Of a stretch of 64,000 nucleotides of DNA, positions 1 to 9,519 are shown one piece after another. Positions within the stretch are counted from its first letter, which is position 1; each line of letters opens with the position of its first letter. The notes beneath the pieces were generated by a model. The model saw only the letters and a list, made by a program, of their open reading frames with translations. It searched no databases and was not told the origin of the DNA. The stretch is from Gemmatimonadota bacterium (GTDB lineage: Bacteria; Gemmatimonadota; Gemmatimonadetes; Gemmatimonadales; GWC2-71-9): positions 77,258 to 141,257 of the forward strand of contig JBGOUQ010000001.1 of assembly GCA_041477065.1 (NCBI GenBank). Direction: 5' to 3'. Both the position numbers and the translations under genes were made by a program.

Positions 1-60
1 ATGCCCACCACCTGCTCCGACCGCCCCGAGAACCGCGAGCGCTGCAAAGAGCCCTCCCAT
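1..60 (-). CDS. 5' end of an unidentified gene that runs off the window; hydrophobic N-terminus
   Basis: Minus-strand ATG at 58-60 with AAGGAGG (rc of 68-74) 7 nt upstream. Reads MGGLFAALAVLGAVGAGGGH to the window edge. Absent from the track because it is short. Confidence 0.5.
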   Translation of the reverse strand, partial: MGGLFAALAVLGAVGAGGGH

Positions 61-117
61 AGTGTTGCCTCCTTAAGTAATGACGAAACGAGATTCCGCC
101 TTACTCCCTCTCCCGAC

Positions 118-510
118 TTACGACCCTTGCACCTTGGCACTCTGCTGCGCGATGTAGTGCAGCAGCGCATCCACCTCCTTATCGTTCAAGTGCAAGTTGG
201 GCATCTTCGTATTATTGAACTGGGCAAGGAGGGCCTGGGCGGTGGAATCGCTCGTGAGCATCTGGTCGGGAGCCTTGAGCCAGTGCCGCAGCCAATCGAG
301 GCTGCGCCGCTGGAGGACACCCGCCAGGTCCGGACCAGCCAACTTACCCTTTCCGATCGAATGACAGCCGCTGCAACTGCGCTGGATGAAAAGGGATGAG
401 CCCTGCTTGGCGAGGGCCGGGTCCACCGTGAGTCCCTGCGCCCGGAGCGGCGCGGCAAGTGCCAACGCCATCCCCACCGACACTCCGAACGCCACACCGC
501 GTGCAGCCAT
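118..510 (-). CDS. Secreted monohaem c-type cytochrome (class I)
   Basis: Track ORF 118..603. Internal ATG at 510 is preceded by GGGAGGG. Signal-peptide-like MAARGVAFGVSVGMALALAAPLRAQG, a single CSGCH haem-binding motif, and a distal Met candidate in NNTKMPN. Confidence 0.8.
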   Translation of the reverse strand: MAARGVAFGVSVGMALALAAPLRAQGLTVDPALAKQGSSLFIQRSCSGCHSIGKGKLAGPDLAGVLQRRSLDWLRHWLKAPDQMLTSDSTAQALLAQFNNTKMPNLHLNDKEVDALLHYIAQQSAKVQGS

Positions 511-668
511 TGGTTCCCTCCCGTGGCACAGTGAACTGGGGTTGCTTGCGGAAGCGTCACCTTCCGGTACTTTTTTAATACGTTCCTTTGGCCGCAATGT
601 CAAATAGGACAGTCTTTTCCCTAGCCCCTCGCAGGGGGTGGAGGGACCCCCAGGAGGCCTGTTTCAGC

Positions 669-1493
669 ATGCCCAAGGCGTTTCAATTTGAGTTTCGGAG
701 GCAAGTCCGTCGCTCCAAACTCGGTCCGCTCACCTTGCTAACTGGTTTCGCGGTAGTCACTTGGGCTACTGCGCTCGGCGCTCAAGCGGGGAGTGGGGGG
801 GGGCGCCACTGGACCGTTGACCCCCGCACCAGCCTGGTGTGGTGGCAGATCGACCCCCACTACAACCACCTCTGGGCCACCACCTGCCCCAACGACCCCG
901 CCTGGCAACCGGGGGAGGGGCGGGACGCCGGTTGGCAGGTCAACTATCGGGCGCGTCCGGTCCTCCGGGACGTCGGAACCAGCGACGGCGCCGTGGTACC
1001 CCTGTTCCCCCGCATTGCCGTCCACCCGAACTGTCGCCAGGCGGTCCACGGAGAGGTGGTGGCGAACGGTGAGCGCTGGCAGGGGGCACAAGGGAAGGTC
1101 GTCGTCGCCGTCGACTCCTTCGAGACCGGGCTGCGGACACGCGATTCGTACGCGCGCAGTCACGTGCTGGACACCTCCCACTATCCCACTGTCGAGTTCA
1201 CCATCGACAGCCTGGTGAACGTGCAGCCTGGGGACACAATCCGGGCGATTGCGGCCGGCACGTTGACCTTACATGGTGTCCGGACGCCCCACCGGGTGCC
1301 GGTCGTCGCCTGGCGCGAGGCATCCGGGGGAGGGGGGGGGCTGCGCGTGCAGGGGCACTTCTCGTTCTCCGCCCCCGACCTCGTCGAGGTCTATGGTTTG
1401 TCCCCGGCGGCGCTGTTGATGGGAGTGCTGATGCACCGCTGGAAGGTGTTCTACCTGGGGTTGGACCTGGTGTTGCGGGAAGCCGGCAATTGA
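669..1493 (+). CDS. YceI-like periplasmic protein, paralogue 1 of 3
   Basis: Track ORF 588..1493; start moved to ATG 669 ahead of signal peptide ...TWATALGAQ. The C-terminal half carries the YceI-type signature VDSFETGLRTRDSYARSHVLDTSHYPTVEF...LTLHGV. About 60% identical by eye to the next two genes. Confidence 0.7.
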   Translation: MPKAFQFEFRRQVRRSKLGPLTLLTGFAVVTWATALGAQAGSGGGRHWTVDPRTSLVWWQIDPHYNHLWATTCPNDPAWQPGEGRDAGWQVNYRARPVLRDVGTSDGAVVPLFPRIAVHPNCRQAVHGEVVANGERWQGAQGKVVVAVDSFETGLRTRDSYARSHVLDTSHYPTVEFTIDSLVNVQPGDTIRAIAAGTLTLHGVRTPHRVPVVAWREASGGGGGLRVQGHFSFSAPDLVEVYGLSPAALLMGVLMHRWKVFYLGLDLVLREAGN

Positions 1494-1507
1494 GAGGAAT
1501 GCCACCA

Positions 1508-2260
1508 ATGACGAGACCTTTCTTCATATTGCTGTACGGCCTCGCCGTGTTGACGGGCGCAACCGCCCTGGGCGCCCAAAGCGCCCGCCAGTGGACGGTC
1601 GACCCCAAGACCAGTCTGGTGTGGTGGCAGATCGACCCCCACTACAGCCACCTCTGGTCGACCACTTGTCCGAAGGACCCCTCCTGGCAGCCGGGGGAAG
1701 GCCGAGACGCTGGATGGGATGTCGACTACAAGACCAGGCCCGTCATGCGGGACGCGGGACGAAGCGATCCCCGGGTGCCGTTGTTTCCGCGTGTGGCCGT
1801 GCATCCGGTCTGCCGCCAGGCCGTCCACGGGGGCGTCACCACGAACGGTGAGCGTTGGGAGGGAGCCCGGGGGACGATAAAGATCGAGGCCGACTCCTTC
1901 GAGACCGGCATGCGGCTGCGCGACGTCTACGCCCGCGACCATGTGCTCGAATCGGCGGACTTCCCGACCATCGACTTCACTCTCGACAGCCTGGTGAGCG
2001 CGCAAGCCGGCGACACGATCCGGGCTATCGCGGTGGGCACCTTCATTCTGCACGGCGTCCACACCCCACAGCGCGTACCGGTGGTCGCCTGGCGCGAGGC
2101 CGCAGGGCTTCGGGTCCAGGGGCGCTTCGCGATGGACGCGCAGGACCTCGTGCAGGTCTACCACATGTCCCGTTGGGCGCTCGGGCTGGGCGTGATCATG
2201 CACCGGTGGAAGGTGGTCTACCTGGGGCTGGACCTGGTGCTGCGGGAGGCCGGCAGCTGA
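1508..2260 (+). CDS. YceI-like periplasmic protein, paralogue 2 of 3
   Basis: Track ORF 1490..2260 (TTG). ATG 1508 lies 9 nt after GAGAGGA. Signal peptide MTRPFFILLYGLAVLTGATALGAQ. Signature DSFETGMRLRDVYARDHVLESADFPTIDF. Confidence 0.7.
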   Translation: MTRPFFILLYGLAVLTGATALGAQSARQWTVDPKTSLVWWQIDPHYSHLWSTTCPKDPSWQPGEGRDAGWDVDYKTRPVMRDAGRSDPRVPLFPRVAVHPVCRQAVHGGVTTNGERWEGARGTIKIEADSFETGMRLRDVYARDHVLESADFPTIDFTLDSLVSAQAGDTIRAIAVGTFILHGVHTPQRVPVVAWREAAGLRVQGRFAMDAQDLVQVYHMSRWALGLGVIMHRWKVVYLGLDLVLREAGS

Positions 2261-2375
2261 GCCCGGGCGTGGTGGTCCCAGGCTGAAACGGCCAGTGTAG
2301 CGGAAGGTGCGCGGCTCACTACCTTGTCCGTTTCGAACAGGTTTCCCGTGGGTCGCGTCAAGGAGGTTCCGGATC

Positions 2376-3164
2376 ATGCGCGCGATGAGAGGAAGAGACA
2401 CCCGTAGATTGCGGCGGCTCCTCACTTTCTTGGGGAGCGCCGCCATCCTGGTCCCTGCGGCCGCGCGGGCTCAGGCCAAAGGACATCATTGGGTCGTCGA
2501 CGCCAAGAACAGCCTCGTGTGGTGGCAGGTCGACCCCCACTACAGCCACCTCTGGTCCACCAGCTGTCCCGACGACCCAACCTGGCAGCCGGGGGAGGGA
2601 CGCGATCCAGGCTGGACGGTGGACTACAAGGCCCGGCCGATCATTCTCGCGTCGGGGATCAGCGACGCCCGCGTTCCGCTTTTCCCTCGTATCGCGGTTC
2701 ATCCGGTGTGCCGGCAAGTGGCCCACGGCGAGATTATGGCCATGGACGATCGTTGGACCAGCGCCCGGGGAACGGTCGTCATCTCGCCCGACTCCTTCGA
2801 GACCGGCAACCGGAAGCGGGACAGCTACGCCCGACGCGCCCTGCTCGAGACCGGCAAGTACCCGACGATCGAGTTCGCGATCGATAGCCTGGTGAGCGTA
2901 CAGCCGGGAGACACGATTCGGGCGATCGCCGTGGGCACGTTCACCCTACGCGGCGTCAAGACGCCGCAGCGCGTGCCGGTAATCGCGTGGAAGGATCCGG
3001 CGAGTGGGGGGCTGCGGGTGCAAGGGCGGTTCATGATGGCCGCGGGAGATCTCGTGCACGTGTACGGCATGAACGCGGTGGCGCTCGGCTTGGCGGTGGT
3101 AATGCACCGATGGAAGAGCTTCTACATGGGGTTGGACCTCGTCCTGCAGGAAGCGGGGAATTGA
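2376..3164 (+). CDS. YceI-like periplasmic protein, paralogue 3 of 3
   Basis: Track ORF 2307..3164. ATG 2376 is preceded by AGGAGG (2360-2365). Signal peptide ...AAILVPAAARAQA. Signature DSFETGNRKRDSYARRALLETGKYPTIEF. Confidence 0.7.
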   Translation: MRAMRGRDTRRLRRLLTFLGSAAILVPAAARAQAKGHHWVVDAKNSLVWWQVDPHYSHLWSTSCPDDPTWQPGEGRDPGWTVDYKARPIILASGISDARVPLFPRIAVHPVCRQVAHGEIMAMDDRWTSARGTVVISPDSFETGNRKRDSYARRALLETGKYPTIEFAIDSLVSVQPGDTIRAIAVGTFTLRGVKTPQRVPVIAWKDPASGGLRVQGRFMMAAGDLVHVYGMNAVALGLAVVMHRWKSFYMGLDLVLQEAGN

Positions 3165-3171
3165 GCCGCGC

Positions 3172-5304
3172 CTACCGGTCCGCCGAAAACGAGACACCGA
3201 GGTAGACAGTCCGCCCGGGCGCCGGCTCATAGTAGCGGCCCCGGGCGGCGTTTATGGTGACGGACCCCACGTACAACCTGTTGAAGGCATTGGTGATGCC
3301 GAGGAACGGACTCGCCCGCAGGCTTCCCCCGCCGACCGTCCCTTCCCAGCCCAGGCGCACGTTGGTCGCCCACCAGGGCGACGTCCGCGCGCTCAGCGTG
3401 TCGTCCACGAGGTAGCCCGAGGAATACGTCGTCTCCACCTCCGCCCAGCCGCCCCGGGCGAGCGCCGGAGTGAGGCGGAGCGCGGCATGCCCCCAGGACT
3501 GCGGTACGCCGGGCAGCGCGCGGCCGTCCAGCACGAAGGTGCGTGCGGTATCGGGGTTGAATCGGTAGCGCCCGTAACGAAAGTCCGAGTAGGTGTAGCC
3601 GCTGCTCACGGTCACACCGGGAAGCAGCGCCAGCTGCGCTCCCAATTCGACGCCCCGGTGCCGCGAGGTGCCCGCATTCCGGAAGAAGCGCCGCTGCGGG
3701 GAGCTGGGCACCTCGTAGGAGATCAGCTCGTCACGCACATCGGCCAGGAAGAGGGCGGCCGACCAGCTGAGGCGCTGGCCCCCGCCCCGCGCACCGATCT
3801 CGTAGTTCACGGCCTGCTGGGGCTGGAGCGCAGGATTGAATCCTCCCGCAGTATCGGGCCGATTGGTGAGCTCCGTGGTCGTCGGGGTCTCGAAGGACGT
3901 TCCCACGTTGGCGTACAGAGTGGCGACACCGCCTGGATTCACCGCGACGCCGAGCGAGCCGCTCAGGGCCGACATGAGTCGGCGGCCCGAGTCGTCCGGG
4001 TTGGTCGGCGTGACCAGGCGGTCGTCCACCCGGAAACTGACCCGGTCGTATCGCAACCCGGCCGTCACCGTGGTCCGGGCGGACAGGTCGATCGCCGTTT
4101 GCAGGAACGGCCCGACCTCGGTGACGTGCTCCAGCTGGTCGAGCTGCCGGGACGTGTCCGGCTGGGAGCCGGTGCGGTAGTCGAAGTTCACGCGATCGTC
4201 CCGCTGGCGCTGGAAATCCAGCCCGACTGTAACCCGCTGGGGCAGTGCTCCCAGATGGGCGGGATGCGACCCGGTGATGCGTGCCCCGTAGGCCACTCGG
4301 CTGAGGTCGATGTAGGCGAAGGTCTGGGGGTTCTTGAGATCGCGCGCGAGGCCGAACACCGTCACAGCCAGCTCGCCGCCACCCGCCAGCGTGCGCTGCA
4401 GCGTCATGCCGCCCTGCCCCTGAGTAACGTCCTTGCCGGCGGCACGTTGCAGATTGAGGGCGGCTGCCGAATCCCGGTTGGCATGCAGCTCGGCGAGGGT
4501 GAGCGCCCCGGGGTTATCGGCGCGCGGGTCGTCCCCGAGATCGGCGAGGGCCGTCAGGCTCCAGCGGCCAACCGGCACCCGCAGACGCGCGTTGAGGTTG
4601 CGCAGGTCGGCGGCGCTGTGATCGCGCTCGCCCTCATAGCCGAGCCGGGACACGGTGAGCTGTGCGTTGCCGCCGTCCTCGCCCAAGCGAAGCCGGGTGG
4701 TCGATAGCCACTTGGTCCAGTCGCGGCCAGTGTTTCGCCCGGAGCGGCCTGCAACGACGCGCACTTCCTCACCCATCCGCTCCGGCACTATGGGATCGCT
4801 CCAGATGCTGATGACCCCCCCTGAGGCGTTGCCGAACAGCGCCGAGGACGAGCCCCGCAGCACCTCGATGCGGTCAATGGCGCCAAGCTCGAGGTTGGTC
4901 AGCTGTCCCTGACCGTCCGGCAGCGTTTGGGGAATACCGTCGAGCAGGACCTTGATGCCGCGCACGGCGAACGCCGCCCGGCTGCCGAAGCCGCGGATGG
5001 AAAGGCGCTGATCGAGGGAGAAGTTGTACCGATTCGCTGCGTACACCCCCGGCACCGACGCCAGAGCCTCGTCGAGTCCCCAGGTCGGCCGGCCGCGGCT
5101 GATTTGCGCCCGCTCGATGAGCTGGACCGCGAGGGGGATCTTGGTGAGCGGGACTACAGCGCGGGTGACGGAGACGATGATCGGGGCGAGGGTGACCGGT
5201 GGTGTCGTATCGGGCTGCTGGGCGCGCAGCGCCACCGGCAGCCAGACGCTTCCCCCGCCGACCGCCAGAGCGCGGACGGCGCGCGCCGTCCACTGCGGAT
5301 TCAT
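3172..5304 (-). CDS. TonB-dependent outer-membrane receptor
   Basis: Track ORF 3172..5415. ATG 5304 overlaps the lepB stop (ATGA). Signal peptide ...WLPVALRAQ. Plug-domain motifs DRIEVLRGSSSALFGNASGGVISI, followed by a long beta-barrel-type sequence. Confidence 0.9.
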   Translation of the reverse strand: MNPQWTARAVRALAVGGGSVWLPVALRAQQPDTTPPVTLAPIIVSVTRAVVPLTKIPLAVQLIERAQISRGRPTWGLDEALASVPGVYAANRYNFSLDQRLSIRGFGSRAAFAVRGIKVLLDGIPQTLPDGQGQLTNLELGAIDRIEVLRGSSSALFGNASGGVISIWSDPIVPERMGEEVRVVAGRSGRNTGRDWTKWLSTTRLRLGEDGGNAQLTVSRLGYEGERDHSAADLRNLNARLRVPVGRWSLTALADLGDDPRADNPGALTLAELHANRDSAAALNLQRAAGKDVTQGQGGMTLQRTLAGGGELAVTVFGLARDLKNPQTFAYIDLSRVAYGARITGSHPAHLGALPQRVTVGLDFQRQRDDRVNFDYRTGSQPDTSRQLDQLEHVTEVGPFLQTAIDLSARTTVTAGLRYDRVSFRVDDRLVTPTNPDDSGRRLMSALSGSLGVAVNPGGVATLYANVGTSFETPTTTELTNRPDTAGGFNPALQPQQAVNYEIGARGGGQRLSWSAALFLADVRDELISYEVPSSPQRRFFRNAGTSRHRGVELGAQLALLPGVTVSSGYTYSDFRYGRYRFNPDTARTFVLDGRALPGVPQSWGHAALRLTPALARGGWAEVETTYSSGYLVDDTLSARTSPWWATNVRLGWEGTVGGGSLRASPFLGITNAFNRLYVGSVTINAARGRYYEPAPGRTVYLGVSFSADR

Positions 5305-6035
5305 GAGGGGTGGCGGAACAGACGGTGCCAACGGATGCGGAGGGGAGCGGTGGCGACGCTCAGGTAGATCAGGAGCGGCCGCCCTTCGATGTGGGACCGC
5401 GGCAGAAACCCCCAATAGCGGCTGTCGCGCGAGTCATCCCGGTTGTCGCCCATGACCCAGAAGCTGTCGCGCGGGATGACGATCGGGCCCCAGTTGTGCG
5501 TGTCGGGCCGATAGGCGGCCGGGTTTTTCCCGACGTAGTGCGGCAGCTGGTGGGCGCGCATTTCGCTCCGCACCAGGGGGTCATCGATGACGCCGCCGCC
5601 GCCGATGTACAGGGCGTACGGCTCCTCAAGCCGCCGCCCGTTGCGGGTGATTGTGTCGTGGACCATCTGCAGGGTGTCGCCCGGCTCACCCATCACGCGT
5701 TTGACGATGTCGAGGTTGGGCGTCGAGTCCTCGACCGACCGGAAGACCACGATGCCGTCCCGGTGCGGGTCCGCGTACCCCCCGATGTGGAGCAGCCGGA
5801 TTCCGGTGAAGGGGATCTGCAGCGCGCCCCCGTAGGCCGCCTTGTCCACGAAGAGGAAGTCGCCCACCAGCAGGGTGTTTTCCATGCTCCCGGAGGGGAT
5901 GCGGAACGCTTCGACGATGTAGGAGCGCAGCACGATCCAGACCACCAATGCGATCCCGATCGATTTCGCCCAACTGATGATCTCCCCGCGCACCGTCTTC
6001 GGCGACGGGGGGGGGGCCGTCGGCGCTGCCTTCAC
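5301..6035 (-). CDS. lepB: Signal peptidase I
   Basis: C-terminal 244 aa of track ORF 5301..6734. GTG 6035 overlaps the upstream stop (GTGA). TM helix, catalytic Ser box IPSGSMENTL, and box E GDNRDDSRDSRYWGFLP. Confidence 0.9.
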   Translation of the reverse strand: MKAAPTAPPPSPKTVRGEIISWAKSIGIALVVWIVLRSYIVEAFRIPSGSMENTLLVGDFLFVDKAAYGGALQIPFTGIRLLHIGGYADPHRDGIVVFRSVEDSTPNLDIVKRVMGEPGDTLQMVHDTITRNGRRLEEPYALYIGGGGVIDDPLVRSEMRAHQLPHYVGKNPAAYRPDTHNWGPIVIPRDSFWVMGDNRDDSRDSRYWGFLPRSHIEGRPLLIYLSVATAPLRIRWHRLFRHPS

Positions 6036-7048
6036 GGGCGATCCACCCAGTCCGCGATGAAGATATTCGTCTCGTGCGGCACCTTGCCGTGCCGGTTGGA
6101 CGCCCACACCAGCCGCCGGCCGTCGGGCGAGAACATGGGGAAGGCGTCGAACTCGGCGTCCGTCGTGACCTGCTCGAGGCCGCTGCCGTCGACGTTGATC
6201 AGGAACAGATCGAAGTTCCGGGACGTGGGGTTGCGCCAGTTGGAGGAGAAGATGATCCGCCGGCCGTCGGGCGTGAACGATGGGGCGAAGCTCGCCCCCG
6301 CGAGATGGGTGATCTGCCGCTGGCCGCTGCCGTCGGCGTTCATGATCCAGAGATCCATGTTGCTGGGCCGCACCAGGTGGTCCGCGAGCAGGGCGCGGTA
6401 CTCCGCGCTGTCGGCCGCGGTGGCCGGATGGTAGGCGCGATACACGATCTGCTTGCCGTCGGGAGAGAAGAACGGCCCACCGTCGTAGCCGAGGGTGTGC
6501 GTGAGGCGGCGCAGCCCGGTGCCGTCGGTGTGCATCGTGTAGATGTCGAGGTCGCCGTCGCGCAGCGACGTGAAGACGATGGTTTGGCCGTCGGGCGAGA
6601 GGGTGCCTTCGGCGTCGTAGCCGTGGTTGTCGGTGAGCCGGCGGCGGTGGGAGCCGTCGGCGTTCGCGACGTAGATGTCGTAATCGAACAAGCCCCACAC
6701 GTAGCCGCGGGAGTAGTCGGGGCGCGGCGGGCACGCGGAATCGGCGTGCTCGGTGCTGGCATAGAAGATTCGCGTGTCGCGCGCGAAGAAGTAGCCGCAG
6801 GTATTACGGCCCCGGCCGCTCGAGATGCGGTGCAGCCCCGACCCGTCGGCGTTCATGATGAATTCCTGATCGCAGCCGGTCGGGTCGTCGGGGGGTTGGC
6901 GCTGGAGAATCAGCTGCTTGCCGGAGGCGGAGAAATACGCCTCGGCGTTCTGCCCGCCGAAGGTGAGCTGCCGGAGGTTGCGCAGATGGGTTTCGCCGGA
7001 ATCCGGGGAGACCGCAGCCGTCTGAAGCACGAGGAGTAGTGGGAGCAT
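6032..7048 (-). CDS. TolB-like PD40/WD40 beta-propeller periplasmic protein
   Basis: Signal peptide MLPLLLVLQTAAV. Repeated PD40-type motifs (LSPDGQTIVF, FSPDGKQIVY, FTPDGRRIIF, FSPDGRRLVW). Confidence 0.8.
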   Translation of the reverse strand: MLPLLLVLQTAAVSPDSGETHLRNLRQLTFGGQNAEAYFSASGKQLILQRQPPDDPTGCDQEFIMNADGSGLHRISSGRGRNTCGYFFARDTRIFYASTEHADSACPPRPDYSRGYVWGLFDYDIYVANADGSHRRRLTDNHGYDAEGTLSPDGQTIVFTSLRDGDLDIYTMHTDGTGLRRLTHTLGYDGGPFFSPDGKQIVYRAYHPATAADSAEYRALLADHLVRPSNMDLWIMNADGSGQRQITHLAGASFAPSFTPDGRRIIFSSNWRNPTSRNFDLFLINVDGSGLEQVTTDAEFDAFPMFSPDGRRLVWASNRHGKVPHETNIFIADWVDRP

Positions 7049-7065
7049 AGGGACCTGAAACCTAA

Positions 7066-7143
7066 CGCGGAATGTGGAGTGCGGAATGCGGAGTCACCCC
7101 GCCCGAAGTTCATACCGCACTCCGCAGTCCACGTTCCGCATTA
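7066..7143. repeat. (GCGGAATG)n-type imperfect inverted repeat, locus A
   Basis: Left arm cgcggaatgtggagtgcggaatgcggagt (7066-7094), ~20 nt loop, right arm ccgcactccgcagtccacgttccgcatta (7115-7143). Lies in the divergent intergenic region. Confidence 0.75.
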
Positions 7144-7154
7144 GATTTGGCCTC

Positions 7155-7475
7155 ATGCCTGACCCCAATCCCCAGCGGAAGTCCCGCGTTCCGTTGATGG
7201 ACGCCCTCGGCAAGCTGATCATCGATGGGAAACAGTCCGCGGACTATCTGTGGCAGGTGCCCGACGACCAGGCGATGCGCGCCAAGATCCTCACCCTGCT
7301 CGACCAGATCGGCGCGGAGGGAGCCCGGCAGGGCCGCAAGGAGATGCCGAAGATCGCCGAGGAGCTGAAGACGGCGGCCAAGGCGAGCCCCAGCCCGCAG
7401 CAGGTGGACCTGCTGGTGAATGGTTTCGACCGGCTGCTGCAGCTCTGGGAGGCGGCCAAGTCGGGCCTCTTGTGA
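7155..7475 (+). CDS. Hypothetical small soluble protein
   Basis: Track ORF 7074..7475. Its 5' part is the repeat locus, so the start is moved to ATG 7155 ([10 protein letters not shown]...). No recognisable motif. Confidence 0.4.
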   Translation: MPDPNPQRKSRVPLMDALGKLIIDGKQSADYLWQVPDDQAMRAKILTLLDQIGAEGARQGRKEMPKIAEELKTAAKASPSPQQVDLLVNGFDRLLQLWEAAKSGLL

Positions 7476-7488
7476 TCGGAGCCAGCGC

Positions 7489-9519
7489 ATGACGGACGTC
7501 GCGGCCGCGCCCGACGCGGCCCTGGACCAGTTGTGCGTCAACACCGTCCGCGCGCTCGCGATGGACGCCGTCCAACAGGCCGATTCCGGCCACCCGGGAA
7601 CGGCGATGGCGCTCGCCCCGCTCGCCTATGTGCTGTGGCAGCGCCACCTGCGGCACGCCCCAGCGAACCCCGATTGGCCGGACCGGGACCGCTTTGTGCT
7701 GTCGTGCGGCCATGCCTGCATGCTGCTTTACAGTGCCTTGTATCTCACCGGCTACGACCTCTCCCTGGAAGAGATCAAGCAGTTCCGCCAGTGGGGCAGC
7801 CGCACGCCGGGGCACTCCGAATACGGCCTCACCCCGGGCGTCGAGGCGACGACGGGGCCGCTGGGCCAGGGAACGGGCAACGCCGTCGGCATGGCGATCG
7901 CCGAGGCGCAGCTTGCCGCGCTGTTCAACCGCCCCGGGCACGCCGTCGTCGACCATTACACGTACTTCCTCGCCTCCGACGGCGATCTGATGGAGGGCGT
8001 CTCGCACGAGGCGTGCTCCCTGGCGGGGCACCTGAAGCTCGGCAAACTGATCGGCTTCTACGACGACAATCGCATCACGATCGACGGCTCGACCGACCTC
8101 GCCTTCAGCGACGATTCCGCGAAGCGCTTCGACGCCTACGGCTGGCACGTGCAGCGCGTCCCCGACGGCAACGATCTCGCCGCCATCGATGCGGCGATCC
8201 GCGCGGCCAAGCACGCCGCCGACCAGCCGTCGCTCATCGTCATGCGCACTCACATCGGCTACGGCAGTCCCAACCGGCAGGACAGCGCCAAGGCGCACGG
8301 TGAGCCGCTGGGGGTGGACGAGGTGAGGCGCACCAAGCAGAAACTGGGCTGGCCCAGCCTCGAGCCGTTCTACGTGCCGGAGGAGTCGCTGGCGCATTGG
8401 CGCCGGGCCGGTGACCGCGGAGCCCGGCTCGAAGCGGAATGGCGCGAGCGCTGGGCGGCGTACGCGAAGGCTCACCCCGATCTCGCCGCCGAGCTCGAAC
8501 GGCGACTGGCGGGCCGCCTGCCGGAGGGCTGGGATGCCGACCTCCCGGCGTTCACCCCCAAAGACGGCGCCATCGCGACGCGCGCGGCCTCGAGCAAGGC
8601 GCTCAACGCCATCGCGCCGAAGCTGCCCGAGTTGATCGGCGGCTCCGCCGACCTTACGGGGTCGAACCTCACCGACGTGAAGGGCGGCGGCGCCTTCGCC
8701 GCAGGCGCGCGCGCGGCGCGCAATTTCCATTTCGGCGTCCGCGAGCACGGGATGGGCGCGGTCCTGAACGGCCTGTGCTATCACAAGGGCTTCATCCCAT
8801 ACGGCGGAACGTTCCTGATCTTCTCCGACTACATGCGTCCGTCGATCCGGCTCGCGGCCTTGTCGCACCTGCACCCGATCTACGTGTTCACGCACGACAG
8901 CATCGGGCTCGGCGAGGACGGCCCGACGCACCAGCCGATCGAGCAGCTGGCGTCGCTGCGCGCCATCCCCAACATGACCGTGATCCGGCCGGCGGACGCG
9001 ACCGAGGTGGTGGAGGGGTGGCGCGCGGCGGTGCGGCACGCGCGGGGCCCCGTGGCGCTCGTGCTGACGCGGCAGAAGCTCGCGATCATCGACCGCGCCA
9101 AGTACGCCCCGGCCAACGGCCTGCGGCTCGGCGGCTACGTGCTCGCCGACGCCAAGGCGGGCAAGCCCCAGGTCGTGCTGATCGGCACGGGGTCGGAAGT
9201 GGAGCTGGTGCTCGGGGCGTACGAGCAACTCATGGCGGCAGGTGTGGCGGCGCGGGCGGTGAGCATGCCGTGCATGGAGTTTTTCGCCGGCCAGCCGCAG
9301 AGCTACCGTGACGCGGTGTTGCCGCCCGGAGTGCCGCGCGTGGCCGCCGAGGCTGGGGCTAGCCAATCATGGCATCGCTGGGTCGGCGAGCACGGGGTGA
9401 TCATCGGGCTCGACCGGTTCGGGGCCTCGGCGCCGTACCAGCGGATCTACAAGGAGCTTGGATTGACGGTGGAGCGGGTGGTGGAGGAGGCGAGGGGGCT
9501 ACTCGGTTCAATCGGCTAG
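7489..9519 (+). CDS. tkt: Transketolase
   Basis: Track ORF 7420..9519; ATG 7489 gives [40 protein letters not shown] motif [13 protein letters not shown]. Transketolase-like over the full length. Confidence 0.95.
   Translation: MTDVAAAPDAALDQLCVNTVRALAMDAVQQADSGHPGTAMALAPLAYVLWQRHLRHAPANPDWPDRDRFVLSCGHACMLLYSALYLTGYDLSLEEIKQFRQWGSRTPGHSEYGLTPGVEATTGPLGQGTGNAVGMAIAEAQLAALFNRPGHAVVDHYTYFLASDGDLMEGVSHEACSLAGHLKLGKLIGFYDDNRITIDGSTDLAFSDDSAKRFDAYGWHVQRVPDGNDLAAIDAAIRAAKHAADQPSLIVMRTHIGYGSPNRQDSAKAHGEPLGVDEVRRTKQKLGWPSLEPFYVPEESLAHWRRAGDRGARLEAEWRERWAAYAKAHPDLAAELERRLAGRLPEGWDADLPAFTPKDGAIATRAASSKALNAIAPKLPELIGGSADLTGSNLTDVKGGGAFAAGARAARNFHFGVREHGMGAVLNGLCYHKGFIPYGGTFLIFSDYMRPSIRLAALSHLHPIYVFTHDSIGLGEDGPTHQPIEQLASLRAIPNMTVIRPADATEVVEGWRAAVRHARGPVALVLTRQKLAIIDRAKYAPANGLRLGGYVLADAKAGKPQVVLIGTGSEVELVLGAYEQLMAAGVAARAVSMPCMEFFAGQPQSYRDAVLPPGVPRVAAEAGASQSWHRWVGEHGVIIGLDRFGASAPYQRIYKELGLTVERVVEEARGLLGSIG

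Noticed and set aside
1-399. Plus-strand 132-aa ORF starting at base 1.
   Set aside because: It is antisense to the cytochrome c gene (CSGCH motif, signal peptide, SD) and to the SD-preceded minus-strand gene start at 60.
5301-6734. Track ORFs that fuse a real gene to a long Arg/Pro-rich N-terminal extension: 5301..6734, 14060..15919, 17648..18889, 19085..21406, 24005..25759, 27458..28138 and 44345..46483.
   Set aside because: The extensions overlap, in another frame, the well-supported upstream genes (TolB-like, cox subunits, cupredoxin, cytochromes c, USP protein, Zn-ribbon protein, DUF2378-like). Recognisable homology begins only at internal ATG/GTG codons that overlap or abut the upstream stop codon.
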